A stretch of 64,000 nt of DNA from a virus. Below, in pieces: positions 7,179 through 15,476 of this stretch (the first letter of the stretch is position 1; the number at the start of each line of letters is the position of its first letter). The stretch covers positions 80,882 through 144,881 of the IMG/VR virus record IMGVR_UViG_3300005529_000001; one strand, given 5' to 3'. The position numbers and the translations under genes were made by a program. The notes beneath the pieces were generated by a model. The model was given only the letters and a program-made list of their open reading frames with translations, ran no database searches and had not been told where the DNA came from.

Positions 7179-7410
7179 CGAAGAGCCCCTCCCTCTGCCA
7201 ACCGAAGGTCGTCCCCACCAGGACCAGCAGCTGCTGCCCAAGCTCGTGGGGGATGTCCGCGGTGGCCAGCACGATCCCGAGGCTGCTGCTGTTGAGCCAT
7301 AGCACCGACCGGCCCGCGCTCGAGCCGATCCGGTTGTCCCACAGGGGTGCGGTGCCTCCGTCCACGTCGGCGCGCCACTTGGCCAGTCTGACCAGGGTCC
7401 CGGGCTTCAT
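7165..7410 (-). CDS. family A small protein (MKPGTLV...FGW)
   Basis: ORF track plus motifs. Confidence 0.55.
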   Translation of the reverse strand: MKPGTLVRLAKWRADVDGGTAPLWDNRIGSSAGRSVLWLNSSSLGIVLATADIPHELGQQLLVLVGTTFGWQREGLFDEAG

Positions 7411-7646
7411 GGGTTGCTGTCACCCGTCGAGACGGTGATCGTCTTTGTGAATGATTCGTAGATCCAGCCGAGCTCCGCCTTCGAGTTCAGGACTAACAAC
7501 ATGTTTGCTCCAACGCCGTCAACGGCAATGACAAGGGCAATGCCATCAGGTGTCAGCTCGCCGCAGTGTTGCCAGGGTGCATGGTTGGTCCTGAAGATGA
7601 GTCGCTTTTGCAGGTCGAACGTAGTGATCAGGTCTCCGGGTCTCAT
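7407..7646 (-). CDS. family A small protein (MRPGDLI...IALVIAV...ELGW)
   Basis: ORF track plus motifs; ATGA coupling. Confidence 0.6.
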   Translation of the reverse strand: MRPGDLITTFDLQKRLIFRTNHAPWQHCGELTPDGIALVIAVDGVGANMLLVLNSKAELGWIYESFTKTITVSTGDSNP

Positions 7647-7876
7647 GTGTCAAACCCGTCGATGAAGGAGATGTAGATCCATCCCAGTTGAGCCCTGTTC
7701 CCAATCACTAGAGCCTTGATCTTGTCCGATGCCACGACCAACGCAACCTCCTTGGGACCCAGCTCACCGCACCTGTTGTCACCGCCCCGGAATGCGTCGA
7801 GATCGAGTTGCTTGTACAACCCACGGGTCACGTTGAAGGAGACAGTGACCAGGTCTCCGGGCATGATCGGTCTCAC
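7643..7876 (-). CDS. family A small protein (MPGDLVTV...VALVVAS...QLGW)
   Basis: ORF track plus motifs; ATGA coupling. Confidence 0.6.
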   Translation of the reverse strand: MRPIMPGDLVTVSFNVTRGLYKQLDLDAFRGGDNRCGELGPKEVALVVASDKIKALVIGNRAQLGWIYISFIDGFDT

Positions 7877-8154
7877 TTGCGGTCTCCCGCTCGGTTCTTG
7901 AGCGTCCTGTTCAGCAGCCAGTCATCCTCGCCGACAGTGACGACGAACCCAGCATAGCACCAGCCCAGCTCACCACGTTCCGTCAGGACCAGCACTGTCA
8001 CGTTCGGCCTGAAAGACGCGATGACCATGCCCAGCTCGCCCGGTTCCAGTGACCCGCATGATGCTGAGAAGCCGGTGTCCCGGTACAGGAACCTGGGCCC
8101 TCTTGGATGGTCACTCGTCACCAGGTCGCCCGGCCGGGAGAACCTCCATTCCAC
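7873..8154 (-). CDS. family A small protein (RPGDLV...GMVIAS...ELGW), probable GTG start
   Basis: family domain within ORF 7873..8289; the N-terminal 45 aa of the track ORF are junk-like and overlap gene 8181..8477; in-frame GTG at 8154. Confidence 0.5.
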   Translation of the reverse strand: MEWRFSRPGDLVTSDHPRGPRFLYRDTGFSASCGSLEPGELGMVIASFRPNVTVLVLTERGELGWCYAGFVVTVGEDDWLLNRTLKNRAGDRK

Positions 8155-8180
8155 GCTCGTGTTGCTCGTTGCCGCCGCGG

Positions 8181-8477
8181 TCACGGTGTCCCTCGCGCGC
8201 ACGCGTGTGGCGACAGCTGTCGCACGTTCATGCAAAAAGTGATGTTGATCCAACCCAGCTCCATCCTGCCGTTTAGCAGCAACAACCACCGTGAATCACC
8301 GACCGTGGCGACGTTGTCAACGGCGTTAGCGATGGAAATGAGCAGGGCAACATCGTCTTTGTCCAAAGAACCGCAACTGCCGCTCCCGAAACTGGCATCA
8401 TTGTAGATGAGGTTGTGCGTGAACAGCCCGCTGTTGACGATGAGGTCGCCGGGCAGCATCGCGTCTTTTATCATCAC
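8181..8477 (-). CDS. family A small protein (LPGDLIV...VALLISI...ELGW)
   Basis: ORF track plus motifs; ATGA coupling. Confidence 0.6.
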   Translation of the reverse strand: MMIKDAMLPGDLIVNSGLFTHNLIYNDASFGSGSCGSLDKDDVALLISIANAVDNVATVGDSRWLLLLNGRMELGWINITFCMNVRQLSPHACARGTP

Positions 8478-8749
8478 ACATCACCCAGCAATTTGGTGAC
8501 GAACCTGGCGACGATCCATCCGAGCTGGGTCCGGTTGTTCAGCAACAGGAACCAGTTTTCTCGTCCGACTGCATCCCCGTCAGCTTGACCGAGACACTGG
8601 ACCTCGTCAGCAGCGACGAGGAGAGCTATGTCACCAACCTTCATCTCTCCACACACGTTGTTGGAGAACTGGATCGCCGTCCTGTATAGGCACCTAATAA
8701 CCAGGGTTGGGTCAAGCTCGACGAGGTCGCCTGGGACGGGACGGTTCAT
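8474..8749 (-). CDS. family A small protein (MNRPVPGDLVEL...IALLVAA...QLGW)
   Basis: trimmed to ATG 8749, which forms ATGA with the upstream stop at 8746. Confidence 0.55.
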   Translation of the reverse strand: MNRPVPGDLVELDPTLVIRCLYRTAIQFSNNVCGEMKVGDIALLVAADEVQCLGQADGDAVGRENWFLLLNNRTQLGWIVARFVTKLLGDV

Positions 8750-9036
8750 CTCTTCCCCCGTGCACGCCTCTTGAGTCGTCGGGTGAACCCAGCATAGACC
8801 CAACCCAGTTCCATCCGCGGTGTCAGCAGCAGCTGGTCCAGCCCATTGGCGGACGTAGCGATGAGCAGGCCCACCTCGTTTGGCCACAGGGTCCCACACC
8901 TGTCACCAGCATATTCTCCCCTGGGTTCTTTGAACAGCCACCTGTCGGTGGTGTCATCGACAGTCTGGATGAGCTCTCCGGGGGCGGGGAAACCGTTCAC
9001 CATGACGCGTGTCTCAGGAAGCCGCCAAAGATCCAA
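8746..9036 (-). CDS. family A small protein (PAPGELI...VGLLIAT...ELGW); alternative start ATG 9003
   Basis: ORF track plus motifs. Confidence 0.55.
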   Translation of the reverse strand: MDLWRLPETRVMVNGFPAPGELIQTVDDTTDRWLFKEPRGEYAGDRCGTLWPNEVGLLIATSANGLDQLLLTPRMELGWVYAGFTRRLKRRARGKR

Positions 9037-9263
9037 CCCAACTCCATTCGTTGGTTCAACACCAGCACGACTTTCTTTTCAAGCACCGCAATGATCATCG
9101 CTAGTTCTTCTGGTTTGAGGCTGCCACAGTACGTTATTGAGTTGGGATCACGGTGTAACATCCGAGATTGTTTGGCACGGTCGATAAAGACCATGTCGCC
9201 AGGAGCGGGTGACCATTCTTGTTTCACTGACGTCTCGTGATCAAGCCAGTTCGATCCAGTCAT
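8997..9263 (-). CDS. family A small protein (PAPGDMVFI...LAMIIAV...ELGW)
   Basis: ORF track plus motifs. Confidence 0.6.
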   Translation of the reverse strand: MTGSNWLDHETSVKQEWSPAPGDMVFIDRAKQSRMLHRDPNSITYCGSLKPEELAMIIAVLEKKVVLVLNQRMELGWIFGGFLRHASW

Positions 9264-9453
9264 CCCAACACCAGCCCAATTGCATCCGGTGGTTCAACAG
9301 CAACGACTTTCCAGAACTCATGGCCAAGACAAGCATCACGTCATCCCAGTCGCAGCCCCCTGTGACTTCACCTCCCGGGGACTCGAATGACCTAAACAGG
9401 GTCAGGTATGTCACCCCGTTGGGACAGACAAGGTCGCCAGGAACGATCATCAC
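9241..9453 (-). CDS. family A small protein (MMIVPGDLV...VMLVLAM...QLGW)
   Basis: ORF track plus motifs. Confidence 0.6.
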   Translation of the reverse strand: MMIVPGDLVCPNGVTYLTLFRSFESPGGEVTGGCDWDDVMLVLAMSSGKSLLLNHRMQLGWCWDDWIELA

Positions 9454-9689
9454 ACGCCCGACGGGGGAACTCGCCGCAACGCCTCTGCTAGCCTCGCTAC
9501 CCGAGCTATCTCGTTGACGTTGAACGTCTGCTGCACCTCCATGTTGTTCACGTAGTACGTGAACACGATCACGTCCGAGTCGATCTGGACCTTGGCGGCT
9601 GTACCCTGGGCATCTTGCGGCCGCGCTCCTGGCATGGTGAGCTGCAACGAGAAGATCGCTTCAGTGACCGTGGTTGTCTTGCGCGGCAT
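9450..9689 (-). CDS. hypothetical protein (79 aa)
   Basis: ORF track; ATGA coupling with 9241..9453. Confidence 0.45.
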   Translation of the reverse strand: MPRKTTTVTEAIFSLQLTMPGARPQDAQGTAAKVQIDSDVIVFTYYVNNMEVQQTFNVNEIARVARLAEALRRVPPSGV

Positions 9690-9960
9690 CGGTTTCCTCG
9701 TTCTCTCGTCTCAGGATGACTTCGGGCGTGATGCAGTAACCCTTCAGGACGTTGATGACCTTCTCGGCGTTGTTGTCAGCCACCATCACCAACCGCATGA
9801 CGGGCTCGCCGTTCTCGTCAGGGTGACACGGGTCCGTCCGCAAGTGACCGACCTTGCGTAGGATGTCAAGCTCGATGCGAGCGTACCTGCTCCAGCTCTC
9901 CTTCCACTTCCGGAACTGGACCTCGAGTACGTGTTCTTTCCTGACAATCGTGACTTGCAT
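9661..9960 (-). CDS. hypothetical protein (99 aa, MQVTIVRKEHVLEVQFRKWK...)
   Basis: C-terminal part of track ORF 9661..10566 from ATG 9960; the remainder of that ORF is the wrong frame of the Zn-ribbon gene. Confidence 0.45.
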   Translation of the reverse strand: MQVTIVRKEHVLEVQFRKWKESWSRYARIELDILRKVGHLRTDPCHPDENGEPVMRLVMVADNNAEKVINVLKGYCITPEVILRRENEETDAAQDNHGH

Positions 9961-9961
9961 G

Positions 9962-11143
9962 TCATTCACTCCGTTGCTCGGGTGTGGTGACCTTGGGAGG
10001 TTGTGCTCCGTGCCGGTGAACGACCCTGATGTAAGCTGTCTCTCCGCTCGTGAGCCGCACCTCAAAAGTTGTCTCAGAGTTGACGTGATTCCACCCCTTT
10101 GGGGGACGGATATCGACCTGAGCGACCAGGGCATGGCCCGTGTCCAACTGGTTCGCAAGGGCTGCCACCCAACCCCTGGCAGCGTTCTCGAGTCTCTCGT
10201 TGTAGGCTTTGGCTCTCGCAAGATTGAGCTTTGCCTCGAGCTCATGGCGCAGTTTGTCTGTCTCGTTCGCCAAGCGTTTGGTCTTCTCGAGCTCCTGCTC
10301 GAGCTGGGCAACCACATCAACGGAGGCGGCGTTCGGGGGTGGCACTGCAACGCTCTTGTCGTGATGGTACACGTTCCAGCAACCACGGTGAGCGAACCGG
10401 TGACCAGAGCCATCGCCCGCACCGACTCGTGTTCCCTGGCCCAGCGGTTCACCGCAATAGCAGCAGTGATCAGGCGAGTCAGTGTACAACCCATGCGATT
10501 TGCACCACTCGTCTCGGCAGCCCTGGTGAGCTCGGTTGGAGACGTTCGACCAGATGTAGAAGTCAACAGTGGGAATGTCCTGTGCTACGCCCAACGCGTG
10601 GCCGCAGATACCACAGTTGTTCGCGTCATGGCGACCGCTGAACGATGGCGACACAAAGCGAGTTGTCTTGTTGTCCCGGAAGCACTGCCGGTGAGCGAAG
10701 TCAGAGTTCCCAACGGGTACGTAAGCCTCCGAAGAGTCTTTCAACGGGTGCTTGCAGTAAACGCAGGGCGTATTGTCGCCCGCCAACGCTGCCGCTCCGC
10801 GATCCGCCTCAGCCGTCTTCCGTCCCGCCCGTGCTTCGAGACATGACCTGTGAATCATCCTGCCTGGGTCATCAGGGTCTTGGAGCGATATCTGCAGCTC
10901 CTTGAGGTCTTCATTGAACAGCTCGAGCCCACACCAAGTGCAGCTCTTGTCGTCAGCATCGCCAAGCATCGGGTTCCCTTTCGGTGACTCGCCACGTTCT
11001 TTGCCCGTCATCCGGGCGGGTGGGTTGTAAGCTTTGTAACAAGCGGTGTGAGCGTACCGAGTCACCGTCTCTCCCGGTTTTACCACGAGCGTTTTCGGCC
11101 CGCGACCCAGCGCTCGGTAGCAGTAAACACAACTATCGTCCAT
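9962..11143 (-). CDS. multi-zinc-ribbon protein: five tandem CxxC...HxxC (C2HC) modules followed by a C-terminal coiled coil (393 aa)
   Basis: repeats CVYC..HTAC, CTWC..HRSC, CVYCKH..HRQC, CGICGH..HQGC and CCYCGE..HRGC at ~55-aa spacing; C-terminus ELEKTKRLANETDKLRHELEAKLNLARAKAYNERLE is coiled-coil-like. Confidence 0.6.
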   Translation of the reverse strand: MDDSCVYCYRALGRGPKTLVVKPGETVTRYAHTACYKAYNPPARMTGKERGESPKGNPMLGDADDKSCTWCGLELFNEDLKELQISLQDPDDPGRMIHRSCLEARAGRKTAEADRGAAALAGDNTPCVYCKHPLKDSSEAYVPVGNSDFAHRQCFRDNKTTRFVSPSFSGRHDANNCGICGHALGVAQDIPTVDFYIWSNVSNRAHQGCRDEWCKSHGLYTDSPDHCCYCGEPLGQGTRVGAGDGSGHRFAHRGCWNVYHHDKSVAVPPPNAASVDVVAQLEQELEKTKRLANETDKLRHELEAKLNLARAKAYNERLENAARGWVAALANQLDTGHALVAQVDIRPPKGWNHVNSETTFEVRLTSGETAYIRVVHRHGAQPPKVTTPEQRSE

Positions 11144-11285
11144 GACGTCTCCTCCAGGACCAGAGCTGGCTCACCATGTCTTTGATCTCGAAAGCCGCAG
11201 CGATGATGACGAAAGCGACGCCAAAAATCATGGCGATGATCCCTATCGACGTGGCGACGACTTCGACAAAACCAAAGAAGGTCAT
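11133..11285 (-). CDS. small membrane protein (50 aa, single TM)
   Basis: ATG 11285 with AGGAG RBS; hydrophobic segment MTFFGFVEVVATSIGIIAMIFGVAFVIIAAAF; promoter-like TGAAAG...TAGTAA upstream. Confidence 0.45.
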   Translation of the reverse strand: MTFFGFVEVVATSIGIIAMIFGVAFVIIAAAFEIKDMVSQLWSWRRRHGR

Positions 11286-11356
11286 GTTTCCGCTCCTAAC
11301 CTTACTACCAACACTGTCACAGCTTTCACAAGCATGCAGCACCGATGAGGAATCGT

Positions 11357-11617
11357 TTAGAGCTCGACCAAACCCGCCGCTGAACACCATCCCAGTCGAT
11401 TGTGGACGAGAACCAGCACCTCGTCCCGGGTCGCACTCAATGATTCTTTGTCGGGGGTGGCAAGCACCAATGCCACGTCGCCCCGGGATATTCTGGTGAC
11501 CTCTGGGTTGCGGTCGTTGGCCATCCCTGGCATGCAGGTCACCGATATCGACGGGCCGGAGACGCGAGGGGCCACCGTTGCGAGCTGTCCCGGCCTAAGC
11601 CTGTCACCCTTCCCCAC
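11357..11617 (-). CDS. family A small protein (LRPGQL...VALVLAT...RLGW)
   Basis: ORF track plus motifs. Confidence 0.55.
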   Translation of the reverse strand: MGKGDRLRPGQLATVAPRVSGPSISVTCMPGMANDRNPEVTRISRGDVALVLATPDKESLSATRDEVLVLVHNRLGWCSAAGLVEL

Positions 11618-11885
11618 CTACAGACTTATCTACGGGAACCAGCGAGCTAGCAAACGCCCAACCCAACAGCTCTCCCGACAGCACCAGGACCTCGGTCATT
11701 GACCCATTACCGTGTGTCGTGATCACGAGCCCGATGCATTTCCACTGCAACTTGCCCACATTCGGGTTGACGTTGTTCATCGACCCGTACATCGCTGTGA
11801 TGCCGCTTGTTCCTCCGGGAGAGAGCGTGACCAGGTCGCCCGGTTTGAATGTCACACTTGTTCGAGCCATGACGTGCTCAACCAC
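11604..11885 (-). CDS. family A small protein (FKPGDLVTL...IGLVITT...LLGW)
   Basis: ORF track plus motifs. Confidence 0.55.
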   Translation of the reverse strand: MVEHVMARTSVTFKPGDLVTLSPGGTSGITAMYGSMNNVNPNVGKLQWKCIGLVITTHGNGSMTEVLVLSGELLGWAFASSLVPVDKSVGGEG

Positions 11886-12142
11886 CCGTACCGTGAGCGG
11901 CAGACCAACAACACGTATGCATTGCCGTCATTGTCCACGTTTGCGACGACCAGTGCGACATCATTGCAATTGATCTTCCCGGTCACCACATCAGGCTCTC
12001 TTTGTGTGTCACCAACGCTGATGAACCCAGGCCTGCGATAGAGCCCGAACGACAGGCCCAACTGCCGGTACTCAGCGCTAAGACTGGCGAGGTCACCGGG
12101 AGCCAGCATCGTCTGCGTTGACACAAGTTTCGTTTTCTTCAT
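11852..12142 (-). CDS. family A small protein (LAPGDLASL...VALVVAN...RYGW)
   Basis: ORF track plus motifs. Confidence 0.55.
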   Translation of the reverse strand: MKKTKLVSTQTMLAPGDLASLSAEYRQLGLSFGLYRRPGFISVGDTQREPDVVTGKINCNDVALVVANVDNDGNAYVLLVCRSRYGWLSTSWLEQV

Positions 12143-12420
12143 GCGTGCTCATCATCGTTCTCCTCGTCTTCTATCCAGAGCGTATTCGCAACAATCCAAC
12201 CAAGACGTTGACCAGCTAATATCAGAGCCTCTTGTCGAGCACGCTCTGGGTGTTGCATCTTAACATCGACCACTGCGATAACAAGCGCTAGTTCATGCCA
12301 CCTAAGCGAGCCGATGAACGGGTTGTTATCGCTGCAGTTGCCTGGGTTAGCGGTCATCACCCCGACAACGTCACTGTTTGCAAGAGTGATCATGTTGCCC
12401 GGTCTAACGCTCATTAACAA
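12139..12420 (-). CDS. family A small protein (VRPGNMITL...LALVIAV...RLGW)
   Basis: ORF track plus motifs; ATGA coupling. Confidence 0.55.
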   Translation of the reverse strand: MLMSVRPGNMITLANSDVVGVMTANPGNCSDNNPFIGSLRWHELALVIAVVDVKMQHPERARQEALILAGQRLGWIVANTLWIEDEENDDEHA

Positions 12421-12706
12421 TCACCGATAACTCATTAGCGATAGCCCAACCCAAATGTCGCTTCGTCAAGAGGAGCGCTTCTCGGCGCGGGTTATGTTTA
12501 GAACCAAAAACTATCTTGTCGGTGATCGCAACAACAAGCGCTACCTCATCGATCTCCAAGCGCCCGGTTTCTACGTTATCGGGTGGCTTCGGGTCTCCAG
12601 GCATTTTCGTCAACATCAACGATGGTTTATCGAGCAATCGCATCGCTGCCTCACGATCAAGACCGATGTAGCCAAGATCAATCTGAACGAGGTCGCCTGG
12701 TTGCAT
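12404..12706 (-). CDS. family A small protein (MQPGDLVQI...VALVVAI...HLGW)
   Basis: trimmed to ATG 12706, two nt after the upstream stop. Confidence 0.55.
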   Translation of the reverse strand: MQPGDLVQIDLGYIGLDREAAMRLLDKPSLMLTKMPGDPKPPDNVETGRLEIDEVALVVAITDKIVFGSKHNPRREALLLTKRHLGWAIANELSVIVNER

Positions 12707-12708
12707 GG

Positions 12709-12948
12709 TCACACCTTCACTAGGTCTTCTTGATAAGCCCAGCCCAAGCATAATCCTGACAGCAACAACACCTCGTCAGTGTAATCATACTTGTCAGATG
12801 TTAACGCAATGACGATCGCAACGTGACCAGAACGGAGCTGGCCCACAAATGGGTTATCTCTGACGTGAAACCTGCCTGGTTGTGCAGTCATCCGTCCCTG
12901 GCCACGAGTGACAAGGCTGGTTGTGACGAGGTCACCGGGAAGCATCAC
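12709..12948 (-). CDS. family A small protein (MMLPGDLVTT...VAIVIAL...CLGW)
   Basis: ORF track plus motifs. Confidence 0.6.
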   Translation of the reverse strand: MMLPGDLVTTSLVTRGQGRMTAQPGRFHVRDNPFVGQLRSGHVAIVIALTSDKYDYTDEVLLLSGLCLGWAYQEDLVKV

Positions 12949-13250
12949 TTGTCATCCTTGGTTCCCGTTGACGATTCGTACTGGCAATACTGCGTGGGCT
13001 CGCTCCCGATGCTGTGCCTAGCGTGGCGGTCTGGACGTGACACATGCAACGAACCCTCACCCACATCGGGTGCATTTTTCAATGAGTCAATGGTCGCCTG
13101 GAGCCGCGAGCACTCCCGCTTCCACCAGCACAATTCGTGACACCAGCCGTCGTCCATGATCGCCGTCTTGTTTTCGTCTGTACCGATCTCTTTGTGGCAG
13201 AACTGGCAACGAGGCCTCAGGGGTCCAACATCTCTCGTCGGCCACATCAC
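12945..13250 (-). CDS. Zn-ribbon (CQFCHK...WCHELC) plus coiled-coil protein (101 aa)
   Basis: ORF track; same CxxC..HExC plus coiled-coil architecture as 17455..17721 and the repeats of 9962..11143. Confidence 0.5.
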   Translation of the reverse strand: MMWPTRDVGPLRPRCQFCHKEIGTDENKTAIMDDGWCHELCWWKRECSRLQATIDSLKNAPDVGEGSLHVSRPDRHARHSIGSEPTQYCQYESSTGTKDDK

Positions 13251-13663
13251 ACAACCTCCAGCTCGTCATCGCCGAGCCACCCGAACTTCTCACCGACGAG
13301 GACAAACCACCACCGCTTGCTGCCCTCTTTCTTCAGGTGTGGGATGTCTTGCGGTCCGCCCAACACTAGGACCGGGCTACCTCCCTTGACCATGACGCCA
13401 TCGCCTGGTATCTTGCCATTCGAATCTTCAGGCATCGCGTCGTTCCACAGGACGGCAACTTCTTTGGTGATCCAACCTCCCGTGACTGCGTAACCCTTGA
13501 CGATGCGGACAAAATCACCTGGAAGCAGGTTTTTGGTGGGAGGCTTTGTTATCTCGGCTGCACGGGCTTCGATAGCATCAGGGCACCTGTCAGCAAGGGT
13601 GTGCCCGCACGTGACCACCATGTTGCCGTCATCGTAATACCCGGTGCACTTCACCCCGGCCAT
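13247..13663 (-). CDS. family A-related protein with N-terminal Cys-rich module (KCTGYY...VTCGH...RCPD) and C-terminal LLPGDFV...FGW
   Basis: ORF track plus motifs. Confidence 0.5.
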   Translation of the reverse strand: MAGVKCTGYYDDGNMVVTCGHTLADRCPDAIEARAAEITKPPTKNLLPGDFVRIVKGYAVTGGWITKEVAVLWNDAMPEDSNGKIPGDGVMVKGGSPVLVLGGPQDIPHLKKEGSKRWWFVLVGEKFGWLGDDELEVV

Positions 13664-13950
13664 CTTCGCGTCTCTTCTCGGTAACGGAGGATTTTGGGTC
13701 TCCGCTTGACATTGACGATGTATTCAGCCATGACATAGAACCTGCCGGGCTGCGACTCGCTCTCAGCCAACAGTTCCACAACGGCTTTCTTGTTCCCATC
13801 ACGATCATCATAATCGGAGACCAACAACTTGACGGGCCGGGGGTTATCGACAGCCTTCCAGCTTGAATCACCCAACCTACGTGATAATTTGTCGTTCCAC
13901 TCACGTCCCATGGAGCCTCCCAATGATGTGAGCTGCAGCACACGCAGCAA
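13651..13950 (-). CDS. hypothetical protein (99 aa)
   Basis: ORF track; protein-like composition. Confidence 0.4.
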   Translation of the reverse strand: MLRVLQLTSLGGSMGREWNDKLSRRLGDSSWKAVDNPRPVKLLVSDYDDRDGNKKAVVELLAESESQPGRFYVMAEYIVNVKRRPKILRYREETRRWPG

Positions 13951-14110
13951 CCAACACGGTCATGATAATGTACATGACTCGCGTCACTTTCTTGTCCATC
14001 TCAGCTTCACGTTGGCTGACCACACGTTTTTCCTCGTCGGTCAATGATGCCCACCACCGAGCTCGACGACGCCTTGCTTCTGAGTTCCGACGTGTCCAGC
14101 CAACCATCAC
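13901..14110 (-). CDS. hypothetical protein with C-terminal TM helix (69 aa)
   Basis: ORF track; hydrophobic VMYIIMTVLVAACAAAHIIG. Confidence 0.4.
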   Translation of the reverse strand: MMVGWTRRNSEARRRRARWWASLTDEEKRVVSQREAEMDKKVTRVMYIIMTVLVAACAAAHIIGRLHGT

Positions 14111-14478
14111 TTCTTCCCCTTGTTACCCGAGCCCTTTTCCCACCCGGGTTCGTTCTCGTCCCACTCAACAGTGACAGTGCCCGTGTAACGACGGCCCTTT
14201 TTCTCGAGACCAAAGTCAGCGGTGACACAATCGCTGGTGTCTGTGAAGTCATCGAGCGGTTCTGTTGATGAATCACGTCGGGTCAGCGGGTCATCTCCGT
14301 TTGATTGGTCCCACAAGGCATTCATCTGCAAGCTGTCAGCCAACGATTCCACCGCTTGTTCGAGGGTGTCACCCTGGCTGACGATGTTGAACGTGGTCGT
14401 CCCCGCGACCCACGCAATCTCGGACCAAAACGCAACGTACTCAAGCGTCTTTGATCGCATCACCCGCTTGTGCGCCAT
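14107..14478 (-). CDS. HicB-like / UPF0150-like domain protein (123 aa), no HicA partner seen
   Basis: segment YVAFWSEIAWVAGTTTFNIVSQGDTLEQAVESLADSLQ matches the HicB-family core YxVxFPD..GxxAxGDTxEEAxxxAxEAL. Confidence 0.45.
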   Translation of the reverse strand: MAHKRVMRSKTLEYVAFWSEIAWVAGTTTFNIVSQGDTLEQAVESLADSLQMNALWDQSNGDDPLTRRDSSTEPLDDFTDTSDCVTADFGLEKKGRRYTGTVTVEWDENEPGWEKGSGNKGKK

Positions 14479-14752
14479 GCGGTGATTTTACGTGGTCCCG
14501 ACCGTCTTGGATCTTTTTAAACCAATGAGCAGTGTTCCACCCAATCCTACCAGACACTAGCAACATCACGTGGTCGGTGTCAGTGCCGGGAATCCCCATC
14601 AAACTTGGGTAACGAGCTAGGACCAAGACGATGTCGTTGGTGTGAATGGCACCACGGTTTTCTGTTCCCTCTTCGGGGTCTTTCCAGAGCGTGAGCGGGA
14701 CCTTGTTTCTATTCTTATCGATGTTTATCCTGACTAGGTCTCCCGGTCTCAT
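14441..14752 (-). CDS. family A small protein (MRPGDLVRI...IVLVLAR...RIGW)
   Basis: trimmed to ATG 14752 (ATGA with upstream stop). Confidence 0.55.
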   Translation of the reverse strand: MRPGDLVRINIDKNRNKVPLTLWKDPEEGTENRGAIHTNDIVLVLARYPSLMGIPGTDTDHVMLLVSGRIGWNTAHWFKKIQDGRDHVKSPHGAQAGDAIKDA

Positions 14753-15033
14753 CACAGCACCCTGAACTGGTCGGTCTCCCGCCAACCCAACAACGTCGCT
14801 CCTTCTGGCATCGGCACCATGATCAGGCACTCTTCCCAAGCGACATCAGCTTTGGTGAGTTCCTCAACGTAGTTGATAACGGCGATGACCAAGCCAACAG
14901 ACTCGGGTGTCATCCGCACGACTTCCCTGACTTGGGTGCCGCCACCGACAGTGATGCCAACTGGACCAGGCTTCTCAAACAACGTAACAAAACCTTGCGA
15001 CTGGCGGATCTGGACAGTGTCACCGGGCTTCAT
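14752..15033 (-). CDS. family A small protein (MKPGDTVQI...VGLVIAV...LLGW)
   Basis: trimmed to ATG 15033 at the conserved MKPGD N-terminus. Confidence 0.55.
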   Translation of the reverse strand: MKPGDTVQIRQSQGFVTLFEKPGPVGITVGGGTQVREVVRMTPESVGLVIAVINYVEELTKADVAWEECLIMVPMPEGATLLGWRETDQFRVL

Positions 15034-15253
15034 TGATGACCCTAAAGAGCTCTTGTTCACGCCAACCAAAGCAGACGTTCCCGTCGTTCGTGGGCACCAT
15101 CACCATGGCTTGGTTACGGTACAATCCGATGACGATAACAGGCTGGTCCCACCGGAGGTTTATCACGGTGTTACTGTAAAACTCGTCTGGGTAATCGTTC
15201 AACTGTAGGAAGCCCCACCAGGCCTTGGTACAGACGAGGTCACCCGGTTTCAT
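15020..15253 (-). CDS. family A small protein (MKPGDLVCT...PVIVIGL...CFGW)
   Basis: trimmed to ATG 15253. Confidence 0.55.
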   Translation of the reverse strand: MKPGDLVCTKAWWGFLQLNDYPDEFYSNTVINLRWDQPVIVIGLYRNQAMVMVPTNDGNVCFGWREQELFRVINEAR

Positions 15254-15476
15254 TGTCAATGACCTTAAACTGACGTGCTGACCGCCAACCAATGCGTTGC
15301 TCACATAGAATTAGAAGTCTTATGTCATCGTCGCACCACCTAACTGCCGCAAGCACCAATGCGATGTGGGCAGGATACGCTATGTGAACGACAACATCAT
15401 CGCTCCTTGCATCATAGTCCCACTTGCGAAAGATCCGCGTGGGATACGTTACCCTTATGAGGTCGCCTGGTTTCAC
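15240..15476 (-). CDS. family A small protein (MKPGDLIRV...IALVLAA...RIGW)
   Basis: ORF track plus motifs; ATGA coupling. Confidence 0.6.
   Translation of the reverse strand: MKPGDLIRVTYPTRIFRKWDYDARSDDVVVHIAYPAHIALVLAAVRWCDDDIRLLILCEQRIGWRSARQFKVIDNETG

Noticed and set aside
9661-10566. 301-aa minus-strand ORF overlapping the multi-zinc-ribbon gene
   Set aside because: Ser/Arg/Thr-rich junk frame except for its last 99 aa; the alternative frame (9962..11143) has a clear five-fold repeat structure
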